This document shows positions 1 to 8,286 of a stretch of DNA of 64,000 nucleotides, in pieces. The stretch comes from Fibrobacteria bacterium (GTDB taxonomy: Bacteria; Fibrobacterota; Fibrobacteria; UBA11236), in the NCBI GenBank assembly GCA_041746255.1, contig JBGTHM010000014.1:1-64000 (forward strand), written 5' to 3'. The position numbers were made by a program, and so were the translations under genes. Position 1 is the first letter of the stretch. Every line of letters begins with the position of its first letter. The notes under the pieces were generated by a model. The model saw only the letters and a program-made list of their open reading frames with translations. It ran no database searches and was not told the origin of the DNA.

Positions 1-384
1 GAGTTACACAACGACGTTGGGTTTCGCATTCCCGAAAGTGGGAACTTGGAAAAATGGGCGAAGCAGGGAGTGCTGCTATTAAATACCTCATTGACAGTTC
101 AAGCCGGAAAACCGGGCTCGCATGCGGGGAAAGGATGGGAAATCTTCACCACAGCCGCTATTAAAGCCCTGTCCGAAAAAAAGGAAGGCCTGGTCTTTTT
201 ACTGTGGGGACGCCCAGCCCAGGAAAAGGCCGCGCTTATCGATGCTTCGAAGCACCACATTCTGCAGGCTCCGCACCCTTCTCCTTTTTCCGTTCATCGT
301 GGTTTTTTCGGGTGTCGTCACTTTTCGCGCACGAATCAACTTCTTCAGCAAACGGGTAAATCGCCCATCGATTGGCAGTTGTAA
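1..384 (+). CDS. ung: Uracil-DNA glycosylase family 1 (5'-truncated by window edge)
   Basis: Frame open from base 1; motifs [28 protein letters not shown] and catalytic HPSP, plus FFGCRHFS. Confidence 0.95.
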   Translation, partial: ELHNDVGFRIPESGNLEKWAKQGVLLLNTSLTVQAGKPGSHAGKGWEIFTTAAIKALSEKKEGLVFLLWGRPAQEKAALIDASKHHILQAPHPSPFSVHRGFFGCRHFSRTNQLLQQTGKSPIDWQL

Positions 385-494
385 TTTCGGAGCCGGCACC
401 CTAGGCTAAGTTGGCCCTTCGCTGACGCCGGAAAAATCTCTCCCGCCTGGGAATCCGGCCTGTATATTCCGGCTTTTTCTACTTTTTCCCCGTC

Positions 495-1691
495 ATGACC
501 GATCCCCTGTTAAACGAATACGATTTTCTGGTGATCGGAGCCGGTCCCGCCGGATTATTGGCCGCTCTCACCTTAGCCACAAATGGCAAATCCCATTCCA
601 TCGCCTTAGTAGATAAACGCGATCCCTGGCGCGAGCCTGTAGCCTGTGCCGAAGCGGTGCATGCCGGTGGGCTGCATTCCCTGGTGCCCAAGGTGGAGAA
701 GGCTTGGATTCGCGGTCCCGTCGATGGAGTCCTTTTCGTATCGCCTGACGGAACCAAAGTGCCCTTCCGCAAAGATGGCAGCGGATATCTCATCGACCGC
801 GCCTTGATGCATAAAAACCTTGCCGAAGAATGCCAGCGCTTGGGTGTGCATTGTAATTTTCGCGCGCGCGCCATCGAGCTGAGCCGTTTACGGGCCGGTA
901 GGCGAATCCTGAAATATGACGGTGGCGAAGCGGGTACGGGAGAGATTAGCGCCAAGGTGGTTATCGACGCCAGCGGACCGGGTCTGGGGTTTGGACAGGG
1001 AGAGGCCCTGGTTCAAGGGAATTTCGATGTCGAGCCCGCGCTTTTCGCCTTGGTGAGCGGGCTTAAATATCCCGTCAATTACATTCAACTCTTCTTTGGA
1101 AAACGGTATGCGCCCGGCGGCTATGCCTGGTTATTCCCGCGCGACGAAAACGTAGCCAACGTGGGTTTGGTTATCGGCCGCAATTATTCCAAGGACGCGC
1201 CCGCCCGAAAAACCATGATGCGCTTTATGGAAGAGACCTTTCCCGGCGCCGAGGTTTCCCATATCCATGGCGGCGCGATACCCTGCGGTTATTCTCTGGA
1301 GCCGCTGGCCGTGGACAATCTTTTCAAAGCCGGCGACGCCGCCAATATGGTCAATCCCATCAGCCGCGCGGGAATTTTAGAGGCCATGGCTGGCGGAAAA
1401 TTCGCCGCCGAAGCCGCGCTGGATGTCTTCTCTTTGGATTCCGAGGCGGAAAAGCTTCCGCATTACCGTCGCTACAAGGCCCGCTGGGACGAAGCCTATG
1501 GCAATGCCAACCGGCGCATCCATCTGGCGAAAAAAGCCTTCACCGAAATCAAGGATGAATCCTTCGATCGGGCCGCCCACAAGCTGGCGGCCATTCCCGA
1601 GGCCGATATCACCATGCCGCGGATTTTCTGGACCACATTGTGGACCATGCCTACGTTATTTTGGAAAATGCGCAGCCTTATCACAAGGTAA
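495..1691 (+). CDS. Geranylgeranyl reductase family FAD-dependent oxidoreductase
   Basis: GAGPAG dinucleotide motif, CAEAV, VIDASG, PGGYAWLFP, GDAA..VNPISRAGI. Confidence 0.85.
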   Translation: MTDPLLNEYDFLVIGAGPAGLLAALTLATNGKSHSIALVDKRDPWREPVACAEAVHAGGLHSLVPKVEKAWIRGPVDGVLFVSPDGTKVPFRKDGSGYLIDRALMHKNLAEECQRLGVHCNFRARAIELSRLRAGRRILKYDGGEAGTGEISAKVVIDASGPGLGFGQGEALVQGNFDVEPALFALVSGLKYPVNYIQLFFGKRYAPGGYAWLFPRDENVANVGLVIGRNYSKDAPARKTMMRFMEETFPGAEVSHIHGGAIPCGYSLEPLAVDNLFKAGDAANMVNPISRAGILEAMAGGKFAAEAALDVFSLDSEAEKLPHYRRYKARWDEAYGNANRRIHLAKKAFTEIKDESFDRAAHKLAAIPEADITMPRIFWTTLWTMPTLFWKMRSLITR

Positions 1692-2280
1692 AAGCGCCTT
1701 CGAAGGCAATTTCATCCAACGGTTTGCGCCCACTGGGCTTCTCCCTCGACCGCAAAGGTTCCGGAAGGCTGTTGGGGGGAGCGGGATATCCGATGGTGGC
1801 CATAGCCTCTACCACCCAATCTTCCGGCATGCGTAATTCCGCATGCGCCCTGGCATAATCGAATCCTCCCATGCCATGGACCACCAAACCGGAAAGATGC
1901 CCCTGCAAGGCAAGGCTCATCCAGGCCGCACCGGTGTCGAAACTATGGGTACGCATGGGTTTGCCATTGTGATCGAAGGTATTTTTCGAAGCGATGACCA
2001 GCAGGGCTCCCGCGTTCTCACACCAGGTTCGGTTGTTGGGCGTGAGCAGGGATAGAAAGAGCGGCCAGCTTTCGGAATCGCGCAGTGAGTAAAAAAAGCG
2101 CCAGGGCTGGTTGTTGAAAGAGGAGGGAGCCCAACGGGCCGCCTCCATCAGTTTGCATAGCGCGGAACGCTCCAGTGGTTTTCCCGACATGGCGCGAGCC
2201 GACCAACGATTGGGAAAAATGGGATTAGCACCATGTTCCAATTGGCGATAGGGAGCAGTGAGCAATTGTGTATCCATCAT
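1681..2280 (-). CDS. Nitroreductase family protein
   Basis: RWSARA, EAARWAPSSFNNQPWRF, FDTGAAW, HGMGGFD; AAGGA SD upstream. Confidence 0.92.
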   Translation of the reverse strand: MMDTQLLTAPYRQLEHGANPIFPNRWSARAMSGKPLERSALCKLMEAARWAPSSFNNQPWRFFYSLRDSESWPLFLSLLTPNNRTWCENAGALLVIASKNTFDHNGKPMRTHSFDTGAAWMSLALQGHLSGLVVHGMGGFDYARAHAELRMPEDWVVEAMATIGYPAPPNSLPEPLRSREKPSGRKPLDEIAFEGAFTL

Positions 2281-2298
2281 TTATTCCTTTATTGCTTA

Positions 2299-2460
2299 GA
2301 GCCGGCCTCAAAAGTCCTTCTGGCGTCGCCGGGCTGCGAGCGTCGCCCCCCTTTGTCGGCCTGCATCGCGATATTTCCTCCCAATATCGCTGCTTCGGCC
2401 TTCGCGGGGCGCTCGCTCTCGCTCCGGCTTGGGTCGACGAATTACATTTGAGGCCGGCTC
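2299..2460. mobile_element. MITE-like palindromic element (162 bp), TA-flanked
   Basis: Perfect terminal inverted repeats GAGCCGGCCTCAAA / TTTGAGGCCGGCTC, TA on both flanks (2297-2298, 2461-2462), nested internal palindromes (GCGAGCG/CGCTCGC, GCGATATT/AATATCGC). Confidence 0.75.
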
Positions 2461-2619
2461 TAGGCCAGAACGAAGATTAAGGCATCTGCTTCGGTTTTCG
2501 CCCGGTATACAAGCTTTTCTTCCCTTTCGATTGCTGCGCCGTCCCCGCCGTCATCCGCAGCTCCTCAGGATATTGCTTGCGCAGGAAGCCGAAGCGGGAC
2601 GGACGATCTGGAAAATCCT

Positions 2620-2883
2620 TTACTTGCGTGCAATCTTGAGGCGGAATCCCAGCACGTTAAGGAGGGATTCCAGGCTGGTCAAGGTTGGGTTTCCACGCTT
2701 GGACAGCGCATGATAGAGAGCTTCACGGTTTAGTCCGGCCTTTTGCGAAAGTTTGGTCATGCCGCCGTAAGCCCTGGCTACGTCCCGGAGCGCCAAGAGA
2801 AACAGGCCGGGATCGGGATCGTCAAGGCAAATGTTGAGGTAATCCAGGGCGTACTTGGGTGATTTTTTGAGCCGGTCATCCAA
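2620..2883 (-). CDS. Addiction module antidote protein (HI1420-like HTH antitoxin); start uncertain
   Basis: FLLALRDVARAYGGMTKLSQKAGLNREALYHALSKRGNPTLTSL signature; directly downstream of toxin; first canonical start after the toxin stop is TTG at 2883. Confidence 0.88.
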   Translation of the reverse strand: MDDRLKKSPKYALDYLNICLDDPDPGLFLLALRDVARAYGGMTKLSQKAGLNREALYHALSKRGNPTLTSLESLLNVLGFRLKIARK

Positions 2884-2899
2884 CCCCGCTTCATACGGT

Positions 2900-3235
2900 T
2901 CACTTGCCGGCGCGGGCTTGATAGTCTTTCCAATAGGATTGCGCCGTGCGGATATCCTGGTCCTGGGAACGTTTCGTCCCGCCGCAGAGGAGGAGGACGA
3001 ACGTTTTCCCTTTCTTCCCGCAATAGATCCGGTAACCTGGGCCATAATCAATCCTCAATTCCAAAAGCGTGTCGAAAAACTTGAAGTCTCCCAGCGTTCC
3101 TCGCCTAAGGTTCGCGATCCTTTTTTCGATCACGAGCCGGGTTTTGGCGTCCTTCACCGTTTGCAGCCATTCGGAAAAAGGCTTCCTCCGGTCGCCGGTC
3201 ACATATTCGGTAACGGTGATCGGCAGGACTTCCAC
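2900..3235 (-). CDS. RelE/ParE-superfamily toxin (addiction module killer, HI1419-like)
   Basis: PFSEWL, GTLGDFK, ELRIDYGPGYRIY, LLLCGGTKRSQDQDI. Confidence 0.92.
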   Translation of the reverse strand: MEVLPITVTEYVTGDRRKPFSEWLQTVKDAKTRLVIEKRIANLRRGTLGDFKFFDTLLELRIDYGPGYRIYCGKKGKTFVLLLCGGTKRSQDQDIRTAQSYWKDYQARAGK

Positions 3236-3244
3236 CCATCTAAA

Positions 3245-3262
3245 TGTAGTATTTAAACTACA
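3245..3262. promoter_or_regulatory. Putative TA autorepression operator TGTAGT-N6-ACTACA
   Basis: Palindrome 10 nt upstream of the toxin start, inside a minus-strand TTGCTT-N18-TACATT promoter candidate. Confidence 0.6.
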
Positions 3263-3282
3263 AGGAAAGCAACAGTAAAATT

Positions 3283-3303
3283 CTCCTCCTGGTTTTTGAG
3301 GAG
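3283..3303 (-). terminator. Putative intrinsic terminator after pirin
   Basis: CTCCTC..GAGGAG stem followed on the minus strand by AATTTT. Confidence 0.4.
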
Positions 3304-3325
3304 GGTTTGCCCCCGGTCACCCGAA

Positions 3326-4099
3326 CTAGGACAGATCGAATATCAGCATTTCCGAGTCCGATTCCGCCCGGAATACCAATCTATGCTCCCCCTCGATGGC
3401 CGCACCATCTCCGGCCGCAAGTTCTGCCCATTCGCCGGCCCTATCCCGGTCGCTTTCAGCAGTCCCGCTCTCAACCCGCCCTTCCTTGGCCTTTGTGAAT
3501 CCATGACCCAGACTGAGGGCCCCCCTCGCCACCTGCACCCAAACCCCGCGCCCTTCGCCGACCTCGAAGGTAATCTCCTTCCCGGCTTCCAAAACGGCCG
3601 AATACACTCGCACATCCTGGTCGATAGAGAGCGACCCGTTCGCCTCGTCCGGCGAGGCGATAAGTTGGAGCTGGTTCCGTCGTCCCTCAACTGGAAAGGT
3701 CCGGTCTTCGTAACGGGGCTTAACGCCCTTCCGCGCCGGCAGGATCCAAATCTGCAATAAATGCACCGCCTCTTTTTCCGACGCATTGAACTCGCTATGC
3801 CGAATCCCCGTTCCCGCCGTCATCCGCTGCACTTCCCCGGGTCCGATAACCCCCGTGTTACCCTCGCTGTCTTTATGGGAGAGCTTTCCCGAAAGCACAT
3901 AGGTGATTATTTCCATATCCCGATGGCCATGGGTTCCAAACCCCTGTGCGGGTTGGATGATATCGTCGTTGATAACCCGCAGGCTCCTAAAGCCCATATG
4001 CGCCGGGTCATGGTAATCGGAGAAAGAAAAAGTGTGGTAAGTGTTGAGCCATCCCATATCGAAATGGCCCCGTTCTTCGGCTTTCCGTAAGCGAACCAT
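3326..4099 (-). CDS. Pirin family protein (YhhW-like)
   Basis: WLNTYHTFSF, GFGTHGHRDMEIITYV, MTAGTGIRHSE, LQIWI; SD GGGAG before ATG 4099. Confidence 0.93.
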   Translation of the reverse strand: MVRLRKAEERGHFDMGWLNTYHTFSFSDYHDPAHMGFRSLRVINDDIIQPAQGFGTHGHRDMEIITYVLSGKLSHKDSEGNTGVIGPGEVQRMTAGTGIRHSEFNASEKEAVHLLQIWILPARKGVKPRYEDRTFPVEGRRNQLQLIASPDEANGSLSIDQDVRVYSAVLEAGKEITFEVGEGRGVWVQVARGALSLGHGFTKAKEGRVESGTAESDRDRAGEWAELAAGDGAAIEGEHRLVFRAESDSEMLIFDLS

Positions 4100-4147
4100 G
4101 GTATCTCCCTTCATCCGCCGCTGCTTTTTAGTTGCAGAAGCTTCTAA

Positions 4148-4179
4148 ACAATATAATACGTTTAAACGAATATTGTCAA
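4148..4179 (-). promoter_or_regulatory. Sigma70-type promoter of pirin with an embedded palindromic operator
   Basis: Minus-strand TTGACA-N18-TATATT; spacer contains palindrome CGTTTAAACG flanked by ACAATAT/ATATTGT. Confidence 0.55.
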
Positions 4180-4318
4180 AACAAATAAATAGGGAAAACG
4201 AAAGCAATTTGTATTCCGGAGTCGCGGATTATTCTTTAGTCCATACGACATGTTGCCCCGACATGACGCATTCAAGCCCGGAATCGACCCCTTACCAGGG
4301 TCCGGTGGGAGAAAAGGG

Positions 4319-5326
4319 ATGAAACACACTTATTTTGCCGTTGTCATAGGCGCCTCTGCCGGAGGGATGGATGCCTTGGCCAGGCTGGTGGCTCAATTAC
4401 CGGCTGATTTTCCCGCGCCGATTTTCATAGTCCACCACATGCCGGCCGATAGCACGGGTGAAAACCTTGTGAAAACCCTGGGGGAAAAAGGAAAGCTGGC
4501 TTGCAAGCATGCCCGAGACAGGGAGAAAGTTGAAAACGGCTGTATCTACATAGCTCCATCCGATAACCATCTGCTACTCGAGAAGGGGGAGGTCTTGGTC
4601 ACCAAAGGGGCCCGGGAAAACCGTTCCCGGCCGGCCATCGATCCCCTGTTCCGCTCGGCAGCCGTTGCCTATGGGGCTGGAACTATCGGGGTTTTGCTGA
4701 CGGGTTATCTGGATGACGGGACTTCCGGGCTCATCGCCATCAAGAGATGCGGCGGAACCTGCGTCGTGCAGGATCCTAAGGACGCAGCCTATCCGGACAT
4801 GCCTCAAAACGCCATGAACAATCTCAAGGTCGACCACTGCGTGCCCTTGGCGGAAATGGGAAAGCTTCTGGTTGAACTGGTTCAAGAAAGACCCGCCGTG
4901 CAAGTCGCAATTCCCGAAGACATAGTGGTTGAGGCCAATATCGCCAAGCGCGTTCTCAGTGACGTAAGTTCGGCGGAAGCCTTGGGAAAGCAAGTGCCTT
5001 TCAACTGTCCTGAATGCGGGGGCGTCCTTTGGAAGATTGGCGACGACCAATTAGACCGATACCGATGCCATACCGGCCATTCCTTTTCTTGCGCGGTGCT
5101 CCTTGCCGAACAAACCGTGAAAATAGAAGAAACGCTTTGGGTCGCCTTGCGCATGTTCGAGGAGCGGAAGAATTTGCTCAACTCGATGTCCGTTTCAAAA
5201 AGTGGACGGGTTAATCGCTCTGCTTCTGAAAGGGCGAAAGATTCCGAGGTCCACATCGAACGGATCCGCGCCATGCTCTTATCCAGCGACAAGGCCTCAA
5301 ACGATGAGATCCGCAAGTCCCTGTAA
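4319..5326 (+). CDS. Stand-alone CheB-type methylesterase with C-terminal Cys/His motif (no REC domain)
   Basis: GASAGG, VHH, RPAIDPLFRSAA, GYLDDG catalytic motifs; C-terminal CPECGG...CHTGH. Confidence 0.88.
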   Translation: MKHTYFAVVIGASAGGMDALARLVAQLPADFPAPIFIVHHMPADSTGENLVKTLGEKGKLACKHARDREKVENGCIYIAPSDNHLLLEKGEVLVTKGARENRSRPAIDPLFRSAAVAYGAGTIGVLLTGYLDDGTSGLIAIKRCGGTCVVQDPKDAAYPDMPQNAMNNLKVDHCVPLAEMGKLLVELVQERPAVQVAIPEDIVVEANIAKRVLSDVSSAEALGKQVPFNCPECGGVLWKIGDDQLDRYRCHTGHSFSCAVLLAEQTVKIEETLWVALRMFEERKNLLNSMSVSKSGRVNRSASERAKDSEVHIERIRAMLLSSDKASNDEIRKSL

Positions 5327-5394
5327 GGCAGCGAGCCGCCTGCAAGGCCCTGCAAGAGCACATTACTGGAAAACCTGGATAAAAGGGTAGACTC

Positions 5395-5775
5395 TCACTT
5401 TCTCGAAGTGCTTACTCGATTGAAAGAAACAGGGAAGTATTCCTGGGCGGTGATTTGAAAATACTTACCCTCCAGGATGTCTCTATCTTTATCGTGTGTC
5501 AGCAGGTAATAGCTTCCTCGATAATTATGGTCGTCAAAGACGATATGCAAAAAATTTTTATCGCCCTCTTTTTTGAACACGGCGGCTTTCACATGTATTG
5601 GCGAGGGATTGAAGTATTTGGCGACGGTTTCCCCATCGTCCGCTACCGTGATTTCAAAGGTGTACCCTCCGTCACTGCGAACCCAAGACCCTGAAAACTT
5701 TTGTTTATCTCGGCTGTCGTTGCAGCCTGCGAATAAAATTGCGGAAAGTCCAAAAAGGAGAAGTGTTTTTATCAT
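5395..5775 (-). CDS. Hypothetical lipoprotein
   Basis: Signal peptide with lipobox FAGC; beta-rich body (GSWVRSDGGY, YFNP). Confidence 0.65.
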   Translation of the reverse strand: MIKTLLLFGLSAILFAGCNDSRDKQKFSGSWVRSDGGYTFEITVADDGETVAKYFNPSPIHVKAAVFKKEGDKNFLHIVFDDHNYRGSYYLLTHDKDRDILEGKYFQITAQEYFPVSFNRVSTSRK

Positions 5776-5907
5776 GTGGGTCCAATTTTTTAGAATGTCT
5801 AAACTTAACAAGTCCGAACGTTATTAATGTTTTCCGACAAATTTTCCACTCAGTGCTAACTTTGTTCGCAATCAAATAGTCGCGGCTCAAATAGGGAATT
5901 ACGTACC

Positions 5908-6864
5908 ATGTCCTTGAATTGGCTCTCCTTATGGGAGAAAAGAGCCTCACTCCGCACCCAAACCGATGCCTTTCGGCTGGTAAACGGGCCTTTCAGCGGA
6001 TTTCCCGACCTGGTGGTAGAGATATTTGGCAAATATGCCGTTTTCTTTTCTTATTCAGAGCCCGCCTGGCTTTCCGCTCCCCAAAATGCGGCCGATTTAT
6101 GTACAGCCATCGATTTGGCGGGAGCGGTCTTGATTGACAGAAGCCGCAAACCGGGTCCGGAAAGGCGTGAAAATCACTTACTCGTCGGCGAAGTGCCGCA
6201 CCGGTTGCCTATTCGGGAAGGTGAACTGCAATTCGAGGTATTTCTTCGCCATCCCCAAAATGTGGGGTTGTTCCTCGATACCCGCCACCTACGCTATCGG
6301 CTGCGGGAGACCTGTAGCGGGCAACGCGTACTCAATCTTTTCGCCTATACGTGTAGCCTGGGTTTGGCGGCTACGCGCGGTGGGGCGGAAAGCGTCGCAA
6401 ATGTGGATGTATCCAGCCAATACCTGAGGCAAGGAAAACTCAATTACGCGCTAAATTCCGCCGAATCCGCAAGTAACCGATTTCATCGCATGGATGCGGA
6501 GGAGTATCTCGATTGGGCCATTCGCAAGGAATTGGTATTCGATACCATTCTCCTGGACCCCCCGAGTTTTTCGCGTAACCGCGGCAAGACCTATGCTTTT
6601 GAAAGGGATTATTTCCGCTTGGTACGAAAATGCGCATTATTGACCGCGCCAAAAGGCCGCCTTTTCGCACTGACCAATTTCACGGGAGTTCGAGGTTCGG
6701 ATTTCAAAGCGCAACTGGAATCGGCACTGCTCGAATCGGGTAGACGGGGAGAGGCGATGGAATTCATCGAGCCGCCGGAAGATTTCGATTTACGGGAACC
6801 TCGCGCCGGAATTTCCTCGGAGTATGCGGGATCGCTTATCCTGAGCACCCGTTTTTCCGCCTGA
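5908..6864 (+). CDS. Class I SAM-dependent rRNA methyltransferase (RlmI/RlmK-like)
   Basis: AFRLVNG, GLFLDTR, VLNLFAYT, NVDVS, ILLDPPSF. Confidence 0.88.
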   Translation: MSLNWLSLWEKRASLRTQTDAFRLVNGPFSGFPDLVVEIFGKYAVFFSYSEPAWLSAPQNAADLCTAIDLAGAVLIDRSRKPGPERRENHLLVGEVPHRLPIREGELQFEVFLRHPQNVGLFLDTRHLRYRLRETCSGQRVLNLFAYTCSLGLAATRGGAESVANVDVSSQYLRQGKLNYALNSAESASNRFHRMDAEEYLDWAIRKELVFDTILLDPPSFSRNRGKTYAFERDYFRLVRKCALLTAPKGRLFALTNFTGVRGSDFKAQLESALLESGRRGEAMEFIEPPEDFDLREPRAGISSEYAGSLILSTRFSA

Positions 6865-6957
6865 ATCCCGGATTCCAAGAAAAATACGGTAGAAATGCCA
6901 AGAATTCGCTACCTTCTGGATTAGCTCGTATTTTGGTGTGGCCACAGGATACCGAAT

Positions 6958-8286
6958 ATGTCCTATCAAATCGCCCATTCGTCCACGCATGTTCTCATAC
7001 CCGTGACGTTTGTTTACGGGGAAGAATCCCGGCGTTTCAACGGTCCTATCCATCCTACCGATGCTCCCAGCGTTATGGTGCTCTATCTCGCGGACGGCCA
7101 TCCTCTGCGTCAGGAAATGCATCCCCTGCGGGTGACCGGCGAAATCGAGCGCTATCCCGGAAAAGAATGGGAGCTGCGCTTACGCGAGTTGCCCGAGAAT
7201 TTACAGGCGTTTTATCTCGGAATTCCCGATTCCTGTTTCGAAGACTCCTCCGGCGGGTCGCCGGCCTGGGATACGGTTTCCGTGCAGGTCGTCGGCACTC
7301 CTTTGCTGAGTCCCGCTCGGGCTTATTCCGGTGGAGTCGACATCCAATTGCAGCCACGGGTTGAATTTCCCCTGCTACCCGGTTTCCTCAACCTGGCCGA
7401 GCGTTTTTTCCCCACGCTGCTTCCCTGGAATTTCATGGAAGGTTTCGCCCTGGAAACGTTCCAGCCCGCTCCGGACAAGGAGCAATTGCTGCTGCGCGTC
7501 GATTTGAAAATGGATCCCTTCGATAAAATGCCGATCAGCTTGGAAAAACTTTGGGATCCCAAGAATTGGTTGGATGCTGTAGTGGAGAACCTTGTTCCGG
7601 GCCATGGCGGCCTCTTCACGGTACAGGGGGGATGCTTTTATACCCGGGCGCGCAAGACTACCCATTGGTTCGGCGGCCGTATCGGCCTGGAAGATCGTAC
7701 TTTCCGAACCAAGGCCGCCAAAGCCATCTCGGGGTTGGGCCCCACCAAGCATGGAGCCTGGGTATTCTGGCTGACTTGTCGGGATGCCGCGGGCCGAATC
7801 GGCATTCCGCCGGTAGGTGTGGGCCGAAAGGGCAACTCGCATTTCTCCATCCGTCACTCCCTGCTTTATCGTATTTGGGCGCATGGGCGTCTCAAAACCG
7901 AGGTCTCGCTACCGGGTCGTCCCGGACCCCTGCTCGGCAAGGTACCCATGTCGGAGGCGGTCAGCGCTCTGGGCGATGTGGCGGAACTGGTTATCGGCCA
8001 TCAAACGCTATTGCAACTGGTCCGACGCGCCTCGCGCAGCGGATGGTCCGCGGTTGACGGCGGAAGCCTGCTATCTCGGGGAGAGGCGGGAGAGCGGGCG
8101 CGCGACCTGGAGAAATCCGTGGCCGCCCTCGAACGCGACAAGGGCGAAGTGATGAAAGACCTGGAAGCGGTATTCGATAAAAGCTGCGGTTTCTTCAGCT
8201 GGGATGTCATCGGTAATCCCGTGCTCGACAATCTCGCCAATTATTTGGCCGCCCAAACCGGCGATCGCGTTTTGTCGTCCCAATGA
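6958..8286 (+). CDS. Hypothetical protein (442 aa)
   Basis: Long ORF filling the gap; stop overlaps next ATG (ATGA); no family recognised. Confidence 0.7.
   Translation: MSYQIAHSSTHVLIPVTFVYGEESRRFNGPIHPTDAPSVMVLYLADGHPLRQEMHPLRVTGEIERYPGKEWELRLRELPENLQAFYLGIPDSCFEDSSGGSPAWDTVSVQVVGTPLLSPARAYSGGVDIQLQPRVEFPLLPGFLNLAERFFPTLLPWNFMEGFALETFQPAPDKEQLLLRVDLKMDPFDKMPISLEKLWDPKNWLDAVVENLVPGHGGLFTVQGGCFYTRARKTTHWFGGRIGLEDRTFRTKAAKAISGLGPTKHGAWVFWLTCRDAAGRIGIPPVGVGRKGNSHFSIRHSLLYRIWAHGRLKTEVSLPGRPGPLLGKVPMSEAVSALGDVAELVIGHQTLLQLVRRASRSGWSAVDGGSLLSRGEAGERARDLEKSVAALERDKGEVMKDLEAVFDKSCGFFSWDVIGNPVLDNLANYLAAQTGDRVLSSQ

Noticed and set aside
2935..3051. Extended antitoxin N-terminus from the ORF track
   Set aside because: Lies inside the toxin gene in another frame and is not family-like
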